Source: Catajapyx aquilonaris
Taxonomy: Eukaryota
Assembly (NCBI GenBank): GCA_000934665.2
Contig: KZ538014.1
Span: 62,001-126,000, forward strand
DNA: 64,000 bases
Reading direction: 5' to 3'
The notes under the pieces are model-generated. The model was not told where the DNA came from, did no database searches, and saw only the letters and a list, made by a program, of their open reading frames with translations. This document shows, one piece after another, positions 1 to 14,761 of the stretch (positions are counted from its first letter, which is position 1; each line of letters starts with the position of its first letter). Made by a program: the position numbers and the translations under genes.

Positions 1-3000
1 ATATACTTATCCGGTTATTTTCAAAGCACAATAGATATGACACTATTTTAAATTATCGTGTTACATGACTTTGAACCTTTTCACTGCAAAGTGAGAAGTC
101 TTACACGAAACAAGACTCACGTTGTATTGCTGAAATCATATTTTAATGACATAAAATAAACTGCCAATTTTATCTGTTTCGTGAAGTATATAACGTTTAA
201 CCAGCAGTAACCCGAATTCCGCCAGAATAGTTTTACATACCAGAATTGCGCGACTTGCACCTCTCCTTTTCATAAATCGGACAAAATAACGTGACAATAA
301 ACATTGACATGGAATTTGTGCAATGATAACAAAGATTTAACAGATAGTGTGTACCACATTATTCCTCGCAAGAGCTGAATAATGGTCAAATAACTTATGG
401 AGTACGCTAACAATCAAGTTACAATATTAAACTTAGCCTGACCATAGAAAATTATTTACCATCAGGCTAATTGTAATTGCTATACTATATTTTTCGCGTT
501 AACGTTTTGTGAATATATACTTAGATAGGGACTTAAAGGGTCGACGTGGCCGATAGGCCCTACACCCCATCAATATGAACATACTGTAACACCTTTCACT
601 GCTACTTATATGAAGAAAAAAGCAGTCTTATATCTTACTGTGCATATACAACATCTGGGTGGTAAACTGCATATGAAACAGAATCGAAAAAAGTAACAAG
701 CCCCCATTCTCCTGACACTTCCTTCACGCATCATGCCTCATCCCCGAAAATATTAGGGCAATCCACACCGGCTGGTCAGTTTTCTCTGTCGGAAAGCACC
801 CCTGGAGCAATATTACCCCATTCAACCGACACGCAACAATGGGAAGGACGACGGGAACTAAGACAGTTGTTTCCATCTAAGCAGTGTCCAGGCCCCGGAT
901 ATTCCAAGAGATGGGAATCTATCCGGTTAAGGTCGAAGGTGGCATGGTTTCCCATTGAACAGGCGGTCGTTTTTGGGCAGCAATGAGCCGTGTTGGAGAT
1001 TTATTTACATAGGCCAGTTGATTGGAGGGGGGGTCGTGGCAAAAGGCAGTGACCATCCTCATTGTTTTTGTCCCTCCATCTGGGCTGTGTTAGCCAGCCC
1101 TCGCAATTTGATGGCGACTGGTACATGTTGGAGTTCAGATGAGATAGGTAAGTATAGAGGTGGGGTATATCGGGTGCGCATGAGCAGCGCAGTCCCCATG
1201 CCAACCCTCCTCCATGATCTGCCCTTTTTATGACTGGAGGCTAGGGGAAGGCTGCTAGGGTTGTCTGCCTGCCTATTTATTGAGGGATGTAGGAAGACTC
1301 AAGACCGAGGGGCAAACAAGCTGCATGGGGACGGGGAAAAGTGATCTCGACTTGTGTGTTTTGGACTGGCTGGGTGCGTAAAGATATACGAAGGGGGTAC
1401 GTAGGGCAACCTTAGGGGTGGTGTTATTGGTCACTAGGCACCAGTTGGGGAGAAACTTTGATATACCGTGAGGTTGGTGGGAAGCGCCATCTTGGCCTGA
1501 TGTAAGAGTCTCTTGGCCACATGATGCCACCAAAGTTTGTAATTAGAAACGGTCTTTGGGCACTCTGGTAAATCCCTAACTACATTGCGCTGTATCTCCC
1601 TTTCCTGCGATGCTCTTCTTGGTCCCGAAGGAACTTAAACCATCAGGTTGCGAGTCTCCAGCAGTAAAGAAACTCGCCTTTAAATAAGAAAACGTCTTTT
1701 GCAAGGAAGGTGGAGCTCGTGATGTCCTATTCACGGTGGCTGTACGACTATTGCAAAAAAGTCTTATCACACCTCAAACTCGTTACTGTCAATTTTGATA
1801 CCTACACTTGAAGATTGTAAGGTTTATTAGTAGACCTAGTATGGGTGGAAACTAATGTCAACTACATTTAACCTAGGTGAAATTTAGCAGGTTAGTTCCA
1901 GTCCTGGAATTTCTGGTGTCCATGTTCCTGCCCACCCATCCTGGTGTCGTAAATTTGCGTCAGGAAGCTTTTACCGTGACCAGGAACAGATGCTGGACAG
2001 CCGTACCCTCATTGCCTTTAGCTTCTCCAATCCCCTCGAGTCTTTGTACAGTATTGAACCGGGGCAGTTCCAGTGTTGCCCTACTTATAACATGGTGCAG
2101 TAGCGCATATTCCGTCGGCTTGTTTGTGCAAGTAGTGTTGGTGACATCGTGATGATCGGACCTGAAAAAGTAGAGAATCAGGTTAAATGCAATTGTGGAA
2201 AAATACGCATGTTAGAAACTTCCTGTACTGCCTTTACGGTCAAGAAAATTTACGAGTCATGCTAGTAATGTCCCACATTACATGTCCAATAAATTACATG
2301 CAAAAGGCGCTTAAAATACTTCACAGACCATTGTCATAGATTCCCCCACACAGAGTAAAGTGTTTAAAAGGCTATAAAGAGCAGAACAAAAAAGCCGACC
2401 TTGTGAACCCGGTAGCCTTTTTGCAACATTGTGCTATGTGGATGGCCTAATGGTGGCTTTTTGTGCTCAAGCGACACAACAAAGTAGGTCCATAAGCCTA
2501 GAAACAAGATAGCCACGCGCTATACCCTATGAGCCTAATCAGGAGGCCATTAAAGGAGCTCTCCATGAGACTAGTTGAGAAAAAGTCTTTTTAGGTTGTC
2601 TCATTTTGGGAGCAGGCGGATGATTTGCGCCTCGCTTTTGTTGCAACCTGTTGCATTGTCATTACATACTCAACTGAATCACTTAGCTAACCTTTTATGT
2701 GAAACGAGCCCGGGCCTTTTAGCATTTATGACACATATAGTCTTTTGAAGAGCAGGTCATACGTCGACATGAAAAGAAATTACTCAAAAAATGAATTAGA
2801 CACATAATATCAAATATGGTGGCCGCTTACAGTGTTTAGAATTTAATTTAATATGGACTATAGGTAGACATCAGGTGGGGAAAGCAGTGCCTAGAAGGCA
2901 ACTCCTACAGGCAACTCTGATTGATCTGGAAAGAGGGGGGGAGCTATAGGGACATGGGGGCATACAAGAGCTGAAAGGGGCCGCAATAGCAAACAATGGC

Positions 3001-6000
3001 GCGCCATTTTCTGGAATGGAACGCTCTATTCTTGACATGGAGGGAGGGGGGAAAGGGAAGGAAGGGATTTTTTGTTGTTTGCCCTCTCCTGGGGGACTTG
3101 GATGGAAATTTCCCGAGGTGCGAGTATAGAGCCTACTCTGGTGTAGTGATATGCCAACTTGCACACTTGTCACGTATCGCTATTTTGAGTAGATCCTCCT
3201 CCGAGTGCAAGCCCAAGCCCAGGCTAATCCAAGTGTTTAGTCCAAAAGAGGAGGAAGGGCCCAATGCCAGGAGCTCATTTTTAGGCCTTGCTTCCATATA
3301 CCCCCCCTTTTCTCTCTCTAGAGACTCCCTAAGGCTTTATCTTTTGCGGTAATACCCACCTTCTACATTCACCACAAGTGAGGGGTGGGGCACCGGCTTT
3401 GTCTTGGCCCCGCTCCTAACATTTCCAAAATTGTGCAAACTTTGCCGATCTGTGCCGGTGCGCAAAATGGGACAGCTTCTAACATACACCTATTATGACA
3501 AGCATTTCCTGGGACAATCCGGAAGGCTCCTATAAGCAAAATGGTGTAGGGGATTAGCGATTTCCTTTTCTGTCGTAAAGCAGATGAAAGGCTTAGAGTG
3601 AGAACAAGTCCCTTCAGGCTGAATATATGTTTTTTGAAGGGGCTTGGATCGTGACAAAGTTTCTTGGACTAGTGGAACATCATCTTTGGAAGCTTTTACT
3701 AACTGCGTGTCCGGAATAGAGGTCGCAACCTGCCAGTTAATTTCCTGGCGAAATGGACACCTATCTGACGCTTGTAATAGGAAGCTTCTAAAGTGGCTGG
3801 TTGGTTATCACCAGATTCCGCTTCTAAAAGAAAAAAAAACAGGAGGCACTGACCTTTTTTTTTTAAAAAAAAAATCTTTTGTGAATGACCCTTCAGTTAC
3901 AGATTCCATTAAAGTGAGTGTTATACTGCTTTTCGGGAAGATTTTTATCGCGTCTACGGAACACAGGCCAGTAGAGTGCCACTTGTAGACCTACTCGAGG
4001 AAAAGAAGCAGACCAAATGACAGTCTTCTTTTTTATGGTGTCAAGGACACCCTGCGACTTTGAGCCCCTCCTAGTCGTCTCTAATTACCTAGCAGTATAA
4101 CTGCGTCACATTCCAAGGGTGCAATATGGCATGTTTTTTTCTGCCTGGACAACCAGCGATTTGGTGTCAACATTGCAACTCAAGTGCGGCATTACAGGGG
4201 ATAACTTGCTCCAAATTGAGCAAAATGCGCACGCAATTGCCCGTAGCGATCGTTTTATGACGCGCACATTGAATTATTTCCCAACGTCACACAAGTTTCG
4301 ATGCCGAGCTAATTGCGCTGGCCGTTTTATATAAGCTATTAACGCGTTAGCAGTTTGTTTTGCTAACCTTCTATCGGCCATAATTATGTATGGAGACACG
4401 CGCAATTTTGTAGGCATAAAACAGCTAAAATGTCAGAGGGAAAAAAATGGAACCCATTTCCAGTGAGCGGACTTGGGCCTATGCATTAGTAGTTGCCAAC
4501 TGACTTGTAAATGTAGCGCGATAATATTCCAGCAGGGAATTGTACGTTGTGAAAACTCGCATTTAACATGTGATGCCGAGGGGTGTGCGTCGCGACCGCG
4601 AACCGTTGTTTGGTATTCATTGTCGGATCTGGACCCATGAATATTTCCAAAAGTTATTGGCTCCAATCGGTCAAGTCTAACTAACAATCAGCAGATGCGC
4701 CTAGGAGATCACTGATTTATTCACATGACATGTGAGCACGTGTGGAACGAATGTGAACCATTTCCCAAGAAGCGCAGGAGTGGAAGGTGATTTTGTACGG
4801 GAAATGGCCGACCACTTTATTTTTCTTTTTTTTCGTTTTTGGCAAGAGGGTGGGAGAGAGGAAGAAGGCAAGTCTCATGGTAGGCTTATAAGCAAGATGC
4901 AGGGAGGCAATCAGCATAGATATCTTCCAGTAGGGATTCGCAATGGGGGGAAATCCAGTCATAAGTTATGGAACGTGTTGGCTTCTTCGTGCACGCCCAA
5001 AGGCTGCTACCTCAGGGCCTCGTTCCTGAAATTTTATGCTGCCAGTTCGGGTTGTTTGCAAGCAAGTACAGGCACCCGGTTTATAAGCATAGCTCTATGA
5101 CACGTACATTTGTCAACTTATGTGCAAGTGACCAACAGCTATTAATAATTATTAGGGGCATCATTTGTAAGATGGCCCTCGCGTAATGAAATATTGAACA
5201 TGCAAGTTATTATTCCTGGAATAATTTGAGCCGGTTCATTAAAAGTTCGGATGGGACGGAAACGGATATCTCCAGGGTAACCTGAATCCTTGTTGCAGTG
5301 ACGTTAGCTCTATGCAGTATTAAAGAAGGCAGGGGGCAATTAAGTCACGGAGAATAATGTACTTCTTGGAAATCCCGCCTCAAATGAGCTCCCCCCTTGC
5401 TCGTTGCGTCAGGTGCTGCAAAATGGGACGTGCAACGGGCAAAATGGAGGCCACGTGGCAATGGTTACTAGGACTAGACGACCAGCATTTTCTATTAGGG
5501 TCAATTGATCTAGTATGTTGCTTACCAGTTAGAGTGATGCTGTAGTTAAAGAATCAAACAAGTTTGGGAGAGAAACGTGGGCGATGGTTGGAGCGTGCTG
5601 CTGAATGCAAAATGTTTATCCAACTTATAGAAAAGGTCTGAGTTTCAGAGCAAAGTGGAAGGAGAACTGCATTGCGGCAGCTAGGTGGAATTGACTTTTT
5701 TTTTCTCCGTCTTTCCATCCGCAGCTTTTCTGTGCCAGCCTTATTGAAAGGCCATGTTTTATGCATTATGCTGTCGGCGAACTACTCAAGTGTGGCGGAA
5801 CGGTTTTTAGATAAGGCACGACTGTTGAAAGAGCAAGCAAAGAGAGAAAAGGCGGGGGTGGGGTTGTTCGAAGAGCTAGGAACTGAAATCGGCGTAAGTC
5901 TGGCTTTCCAATCCGGTGCAAATTCTTGGATCCCGGTAGACCACTTTTTCCTTCCGCTTCGGGCTTCATTACCCTTGGCTATATACATACTGGCTATCGG

Positions 6001-8649
6001 AGAGAAACGTGCAGAGATGAGGATTGGGAGTCAAGCACAAAAGGTTCGAACTCCAAACTCATTTTCTGGGCTTGCTTCCCCCTCCCATCCGAAAGTTTGT
6101 GATGGAAANGGGTTGTGATTGAAGGGCATTTTTTTCCCCTTGGACGTCATTTTGCAATCCGCTTGGTGGAATGAGTGAAGTCTTAGCTTCTTCAGTTTAT
6201 ATCATGATTTTCAGCCCCATGGCTCCCCATTTCCCCATCCGGCCCACTCTTTTTTGATACAGTGTTTTGACCTGACGAGGAAACTCCAGGGAAATCACCA
6301 AAAAGTAGGAATGGCAAGCTGAAATGTCGGTTCTGTATATGTAACAGATTGGATAGATCCTTGCACTGCCCTATAGCCATATTGAGTTCATAATCCGAGT
6401 TTAACGTGAGGAATTTTGATCAGTGGACTGCGTAGGTTCTTCAAATGTATTGCTTGTAACTGACTGTGAGTTACGTAGATCAAGAATTTAGAAACAGGTT
6501 GTATTAGTAGCTTTAAATAATAATCATTAATTTAATGATATAATTTGAAGCATTCTACGACATTTTGAGAATTGTTGTGTCACGTACCGCGGATATGAAG
6601 ATCAGAACGACTGGTCCTATATCAGTTATGAATATTGTAGACTGTGATCCGGATATGTCTGACCTTTTCATGAATTATAACTTAATATAATATATTATTG
6701 TAAACCAAATTATTGCCGACACAGCTGCTGAATCGCTAAAAATGGAAATTTACAAAGCCAGGTCTCCGCAACATGACAAGAGGAAGAAAAAAACACAACT
6801 TATCCCATGCTCAACTGACATATTCGGTTTTTTCCAGCCTCTTCATCAGCACAAACTATAATGTATACTTGTTTGACTAGACACCTGATCACCATCAGTC
6901 ACCTGGTACTACCATCCAAATATTTTGCAAACGACAAGCACGCTCAAGTTGCATGTGTCATACGTATGGCGGAACATCCCCAACCAATAGATCTCAATTT
7001 TGGAAGAAGGTTTCTGTCGCAACTAAATTCACATACATACACTTATCAAGTTTTCATACTATATCCACGCAAATATTCAGAACGGTTTACGACGTTTTGG
7101 TGATAAAATCTACGCGAACATTCGTAGAACTTCCATATTTGCCACAACATTCGCGCTTTGGAAGGCCAATTTTTAGAACTTATTTCGATTGCAAACGAAA
7201 TATAGAGAAATACTGATATAAACCACAATATTAGTCTGCTGCTGAGAAATTACGCCTTTTTTTGTCTCATATATGGAAACGTAAATACCTACATTTGAAA
7301 TCTTGTGTCTGTAATTTACAGGGGGTGTTCCTAAATGATAAGTCGTCCAGCCATCATAGTGGATGCTTTGCCCAACGTAAGTCTAAAATGGTGAAACACC
7401 GGCAGTAACATTTTATTCTCTATGAGCAGACTCTTTAAATAGTTTTCCTGGAAGTTAATTTTCCCAGCAGCGAACTAACGAAACGCCAGGACGGCACTTA
7501 TACACACAATTAGTTTCACACTGAGTGTGACCACTATTTTTGTGCTTCATCTTCAAATAATTCGTTACTATTTTGCGCATAGGCCTATTAGTTGTGAGCA
7601 CCAGAAGCTGTCCGATCCTTAATTGTGCCCAGAAGAATGCGCCCAAAGTATGTTTCGTTACATTACAATAACCTTTTTGGTTATTGTAACGATACATGCT
7701 TTGGGCGTCATTCTTCTGGCACTCGGACCAGCAGGACCATGTTGAAACCCGTGTAAACTCTCTGCCTGTACACAATCACGGTGCAACAAAGAAGCTATAT
7801 TCTGAAACAGGAATATACGTCATAAGCCTACCCAACTTATACAGCAGGGTGTTTCTTACTAGTAAAATTTCCCTCCTCCAGCATAATCGTTGGACCAATA
7901 TACAATCATGAAATGTATATAGTGGTACGAAATGTCGAGGAAACAACCATCAGGAACGGCATATGCGACCAAGTATGAATATGAGCGTGATAGTGACTGT
8001 GCATGAGCGACCTCACCTCATGCACAGTCATCATCATCGCCCTCACATCTTCCTTTCTAGGCAACCACTGCATGTGCAGGGTCTATTCTGCATGTCTTTG
8101 TGCAGCAAGTGTGGACTGTCGCCTGTTGTGTCTAGTCGTCTACCGATTGGTCCCTCGGGATTTCTCCGTTCTCCCCCCTACATTTTTGACTTGTCTTGAG
8201 CTGAGTATGTTGAAGGCAGGACCTTCCACTATACTACAACCCCTGTAACTTACTGCATAATATGACTTACGATGAAATTTTTTGTGACTACTTTGTTATC
8301 GGTGATAGGCCTACACTAGATCTCTGAGGCTGTTAATGCACATTAGACTGAAACGAATTTTGCAATAATCAGAAAAAAAGCCGTATCGTTCAATTTGTAG
8401 TGAGGTCCAGAGATACTCGCTTGCTTCCATCATACAATGCTGGTATGCTGCAATGGTACACTCAAGCCATAGTAGTCAAATAGAGGCGACCTTATAATAC
8501 TGCATATTGATGCGGAATTTGTCCTGATAACGCAATAAATAGCGTACAGTACACTTTCCTAACGTTTCCCTCCTGCTGACCATACCCAAATGCATGCTGG
8601 TTATTTTTTGCGACGATTTGCGTCAGATATAGACAGATAATTCTTTTAC

Positions 8650-8739
8650 AGCAGCTGATCCGCGGATCAGCTGCTAGTATATGAGTTGATCCTTGTTATA
8701 CAAGTACATACGCGTATGTAACAAAGATCAACTCATACT
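8650..8739. repeat. Two abutting palindromes
   Basis: Perfect 26-bp AGCAGCTGATCCGCGGATCAGCTGCT (8650-8675), followed by TATGAGTTGATCCTTGTTA...TAACAAAGATCAACTCATA with inner TACATACGCGTATGTA. Confidence 0.8.
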
Positions 8740-11076
8740 GACAGCTATGCTGTAGCATTACAAAACAGACAGTCTTCAACATAATTAGAACCTATATACA
8801 GTACCTAAATTGTTATAATCTATAATATTACGAAATCTATACGGCCTAGTTAGACCTACATATTTTGAACTGAAGTCTTGGTCCTCTAGCACGATGATAA
8901 CGTTTTAGTTGGGACATAAAAACTAAATGCGCTAATAATATCATAATCTGGATAATTTTGAAAACTATCACCAAGGATATTTAATTATTAAATAATTTTA
9001 AGTCGTGATTAAAATAATTTCCGTTTCAAAAATGTTTCAATAATCAACTTTGATTGTATTGGTATATGTATACTGCACATGCATATACCATAAGTTCATC
9101 ACGATATATATGCACCAACGGTTTTAAAGTACGCTATGTGTATCGGAGTATAGTGCCCCTTTAAAATGTATCCTGGCCTTCAGTGATGAACAGAATTAAT
9201 ATTGCTGTTTTGGATTAAGTAAATGTCATTCATATCATATAATATAGATGCGACATGGAATAATGATAAAAATTTTATTTCGATCAGGTTCTTCCGAAAA
9301 TGGCAACTACATTCTTGCATTTCCTTTATTGATATTTTATTGACTGTATCATTATGGTGAAGCTATAAAGTAGACTCCTTGTATCCTTTCGTTGCTTCCT
9401 CGCTGCACTGATCCTATATTGCTTGTTAGGACTATCAGTGTGAAAATAACATTGGAATCTTAACCATGAATTTCATATTTGCGAAAACTTGTACACAATT
9501 AACGCGCATATGTTATATCTAACAGGTTTTCTTTGGCTTTTATCTAGTGTACCATCTGGCCCACGCTCTTTATGCATTGTTGGCCAAAATTCCGGAAAAT
9601 TAGGGCTTATGCCCAGCAAGGTGAAAACGAAAATGTCGCATTATGTGTGATAGTATTACACGTCAAATACTGAATTGAGGTTATTATCAAATTAATCATA
9701 ATTTTTCAATTGCCCAAACTTAATTATTTGCATGTCTCATTATCTTGATTGTAACATGCTACTTATACATTATCATTCGATACAGATTGACTTCGTTAAA
9801 CTACCTATATGTTCTGGCATGACTGAAAATAATAATTTACTAATATTTAGGGAAAGTTTTCTCGCAAACTGTGAGTTACATCCTGTTGTGGGTATATTCG
9901 ACCCATATACACATTTTCAATAATTAAGCAACACCCTACACAGTAGTATATGCTTTTAAGCATAATATAACTCAGCAATATTTGACAGTTCCAATCACTT
10001 TTTGACTGAGTATTTAGAAGCCGTTAGAGGTTACGGCCTTTTCGTGGCAAATGCGTGCAGTTTACTCCGAAATGCCATTTCCCTAGCCAAAATGTGAGCA
10101 CCAGCATGAAGTCAAGTATAGCCCCCCATTCATTTAGATCCCTAAGAATGATGCCAATGAATCTCGCAAGCACTTTGTGGCGCCCTCCCGACATAACCCT
10201 TAAGCCAAGGCCTGAGTTGATTTAACGCCTTAATCAAACTACATAAGTCCACTCACCTTGTAAATTATACCCCCATGAACGCCTGCACCCATCAAAAAAT
10301 AAGCCATCCCCTTAAATATTTACCCCCTCTTTTGAAACATACACCTATACATATACCTCCCCCCTTTCGTTTTTTTTTTCTGAAATTGCGGGCACACTTG
10401 AAGCACTCACAAAGTCTAGTAGATGAAGGTGAACAACCCCCCCATCCTAGCTCCAGGTCCTAGAGTCGGTTGGGGGATCGGCTGGAAGGCTATTGGCAGA
10501 GCGGACCCCCTAACAGCTCCCCGGTTGCCATGGCAGCTATGCTACCCCCGGCCCTCTCCTGGATGTCACCATCTTTTCCAAGCTGGGGGCGACAAAATGG
10601 CCCAGCTGCTCCTCCGACCAGGGGCCCATTCCCTGCTTCTCTTCCATTCCTTTTTTCTTTTTCTCGAATACCCCTTTTTTGTGGCTTGCTTCCACAATAA
10701 AACCTGCCTGCGGATGCTACCCGTTCTATACCTACACGACGCCGGCGCTACGGCCTTATAGGCCTACTATCAAGGTTTGAGGGTGGACTCCTTGTTGTTT
10801 TTTTTGGGTGTGCTGGTAGGCAGTCGGATTTTTGCATGAACGTGGATAGGAATGTAAAAAAATCGTTCTGGAAATAGCATGAACATAATTAGTGTGTTAG
10901 CGGACATTCGTATTAGTAAAAAAAAATACGGAAAATTTCTACCATGTTTTGAGTGGAATTATACATGCAATTAATGGCCCATTAAAGCTGGTCACCTTGG
11001 TAACTTACCCACTAGCATTTTACGTTGCCATGCGGAAAAAAAACGGTGGGCAAGTTACGCGCTCCAGACTATAAAA

Positions 11077-11209
11077 TGCGGAAAACGAAACGACGATCTG
11101 ACGTCATTATTTTGTTCTCATGCAACAATAGGCGTAAACAATGTTATGTTTGTTGACACTGTTTACTCATATTGTTGTGTGACGTCGGATCGTCGTTTCA
11201 TTTTCCGCA
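11077..11209. mobile_element. Short MITE-like inverted repeat
   Basis: TGCGGAAAACGAAACGACGATCTGACGTCA / TGACGTCGGATCGTCGTTTCATTTTCCGCA (30-bp arms, 2 mismatches). Confidence 0.65.
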
Positions 11210-13840
11210 CAGTAGAAGGGTAGGACTAGTGGACAAAATTGAAGGTGAGGTGCCAGGAGTACGTGGAAATAAGCGTGCACAATATTTTTACAGATACGGA
11301 TGTGAGCTAAGTTATGAAAAACACGGTGTTATGTTCGTAGGCATTTATTATAGGCGAAGTGGTAATTTAGGGATATCTTAGGTTCCCATTACGCTTTTAA
11401 TATGTCCAGTGTGATGTCGCTTCTGCAGGAAACTAAGGAACGGTTGTATCACTGCAAATTAAATTAAAATCTCGTTATTTATCATGCATTTTTCTATATA
11501 ACCGGCGTTTTACCTTGTTTTGATGCAAGCCTAAACCACAAATTTTCAGCACTTTTACAATGAATTATTACAACCACCAGTTATATTACTGCCAATTCTC
11601 AGAATTGCTGTGTACATCCAGAGAGCCACCTTTTGGCGTATTTTTTTAAAAAACATCATATTTTGTTTGCTCCACAAATATTTTCTTAAAGCAAACTTGG
11701 AATCCGGCAGCCAACGGGTGCACAAAACAGCATTCTTTTACTTGCCGCGACAAATTTTTTCTCCACAAATAGGCCTACGAAATTTTTATACTGCTGTGAA
11801 TATAACTTACATATGTAAAATACCACATGTATGGAGGCAATAATATCGCTAAATATTATTACCTTAAAGAAATGATGACATGCTGAAATAAGTGTATACA
11901 CCTTAATGTAAGAGGTAGAACTTTACAGCATTTTTAACGATAGTACAATTTGTGAACACCTGGGCAAGAGTGCTTTTTCATGTCGCATAGAGTGCAATAA
12001 TATTTTCACGTTGACATATTCGACTGGTAGAGTGCATAGAATGGTAAATGATGCTAAGTCGTACAATGACTTTTCAAGCCTTTTCCATCTACGGATAAAA
12101 TCCTGTAAAACCCGTTAAGTTATGTTACCGATACTGATGTAAACCGTTTTGCATTAAATTTTCTTAGAAAGAACTAAGCATGCTCAACACTTTCAAGGTT
12201 TTGTGAAGATGATTTCATGTATAGTGTACACTTCAATTTTAATAGAGCCTTCATTGTTCTCATGTGAAAATCAAACTATGTTGCTCTTGCTGAGTCGATG
12301 TGCTGTACTTTATAGCACAATAAGACGTAGGACCTAATCCTCACATCCTATTTTTCTTCGCTATTTCGTTAACAGCCATAGAAAAGCTGTGCCGGACGCC
12401 GGATTTCAAATAGTTGACTTTATATAGGCGACACGAGTGCCGGTTTAGTTGCACAAATCCAGGTTTTTTCGTACATGCTTTAATGTTGTGGGGGCAAGTA
12501 CCTAAAATATAACACCTTTTATCATTATTTTTCGCAATCGCCAACGACTTTTTGTGAAGTCACTGCCAGCAACTCAGTCTGGGTGATGCCCTCTATACCC
12601 CTTATTTTTGTTTTACTTAATTTTATATTTTTGCAAATACTATTGGTGTGATAGAAAATGGTCCCATGTAAGCTAGGCCTACAACATGTGAAGCTGTTAA
12701 TAAATAAAACCAGGTGAATGCCCTTACCTTTACAGTTCCCTTCAGTATTTCAGACACAATAACACACTTACAACAAAGCAGACCAGAAATTAGCAGATTT
12801 GAGAGTGTTTTCATAAACATTGGCGCATCTACAACTAGACACTTACAAGGCACTACTGTACATCCAAAATAAAAGTGCAGTTACAGTGTTTTCTACGAGC
12901 GCTATTCTCGCCTAAGCGTCTCTAAGTGCGGACTCACTTTTGGCTAGGATCGCAAAAGCCACACTTTCCCAGGACAGTGAAATTTATTATGTTGTTTAAA
13001 TCTGAATTTACTGCCTGCAAATTGCAGCCGAAAATTTGGCTAGCCCCGAAAGTGGTCAGAGGCGTTAGCGTAATTTTCGGCTTCCCAGTTTGTCCAGTAG
13101 ATTAGCCGGCCGCTTTGGAATGAGCTGAGATTCGAGGCTAAAACCTCGGCTGGGAAAGCGAATATATAAATACATTGAAGCTAACCCGAGGATTCCATTG
13201 GTTGCTGGCAAGCCTTTTTGTCAGGACGGCTTTGATGGCCAGCTGCTATACGATGCGAGTGTCCTCTATCGCTTCGACACTGAGTAAAAACTTGTAAACA
13301 TGCAACATGATATTTGATGCATTAGACGATCTACACAATCATGTGTTAAATGATGTGGTATATTTTTAGTTTGTCAGAATTTGCATTTAAAACAACTATG
13401 ATTTACTGAAAAATGTGGTTATTAGCACAGATATAATAACAGATAATTATTTTTGTATTCTCACAGCGAGTCTCTTTTGTCTGATGTTTTATCACTGAAT
13501 ATTGCCATGCAGTGTGGAACCATTGCGTTCATGGGTGATCAGCTGCTCAGCTAAATAACTTTCGTTCTAGGCTACATTTCTAGATTTCCTAGTTAGCAGT
13601 GTTGAAAAATTGGGGAGAATATCAAATAGAACATGGTGTGCTTGAAGTTGTTTTAGGGAGTTCCTTACGCAATCCTAAATAATATGCGTGTCCTTTTAAA
13701 TCTTGAAATGCACATGTCGCGTACACATTATATACTCATTACAGCATGGTCCATATAACCTGACCTAAATTTATAAGTACTTAAACATGTGTGATTATTG
13801 TCATGCACCATCGCATCATAATCCCTGATTTGAAGAAGTT

Positions 13841-13860
13841 CACGCCATCTAGGGGGCAGT
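13841..13860. promoter_or_regulatory. CTCF-like motif (candidate boundary site)
   Basis: CACGCCATCTAGGGGGCAGT; revcomp CCCCTAGATGGCG fits the CTCF core CC..AG[AG][TG]GGC. Motif match only. Confidence 0.45.
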
Positions 13861-14760
13861 AATGGCAATGAAAGGAAGGTGAAGGTTGTTACCGGAGAAA
13901 GGGTGGGCACAAAAAAAAATGACTCAGTGTTTTTGAAATGTCTCCAAGGGGCATTCCGAAGCCAAGACGTTGTTGCCATATTGTCACTTTTTTGAACCTT
14001 GGAAATTTCATACCATCCGTATTAACATTTATGGTAATGTTAGAATGGAATTGGGCCTGCATGTAACCCACTTTGGGGACCAGCGCAATGGGAGCCCCAA
14101 AAAGTGAATTAACAAAAAAGGGGCGTTCTCAGGTACCAACTGCAAAGTGCAGTGCTTATAGGGCTGCAAGTATAGTGCATATACAGGGTCAGTCATGCGC
14201 TGTGTCTGCATTTGCATCTATATTAGAGCACTAATGATGGCCAATCGGATAAGAGAAGGCGGCAATGCAATCAGCGGCTGCTGCTTAATGAACCAATAAA
14301 CAACAATCAGCTGTCCAACAGATGATGACGCATTGTTGGAATTTCTCTTGGGGATAGAGATGGAATTAGGAGGAGGGAAATTTCGTTACGCGGAAGAGAC
14401 ACTGGATTCGCAGATTACTTGGCCCAAAATAGTACTTTTGCATTTCAATACTGCTACTGAGCTTCGAAATGAAATTAGATGGCTATTGAAACCAATTAGA
14501 ATATTGATGAGGCATGCTGGAATAAGCTTTCAAATTGCTGGAAATATCGTTCCCACGATCATTTCTAAAGGGGAAAAGGCAAGTTGCTAGATAGTATTAA
14601 TGCTTGCTGTAGAAAGCTCTTTCTGAATATTCAGAGTCGAGAGCAGTTAGGTTACAAATGAGGATCTGTAATGGTAACAGAAAACTTGGACTACAAGTTT
14701 TCAAATTTAACCAAAATCGCTTTTTCTTTTGCTGACCTGTCACCAGAGCCAAGAATAGGC

Positions 14761-14761
<1 letters not shown>

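Noticed and set aside
6109..6109. Single N base
   Set aside because: Sequencing ambiguity, not a feature.
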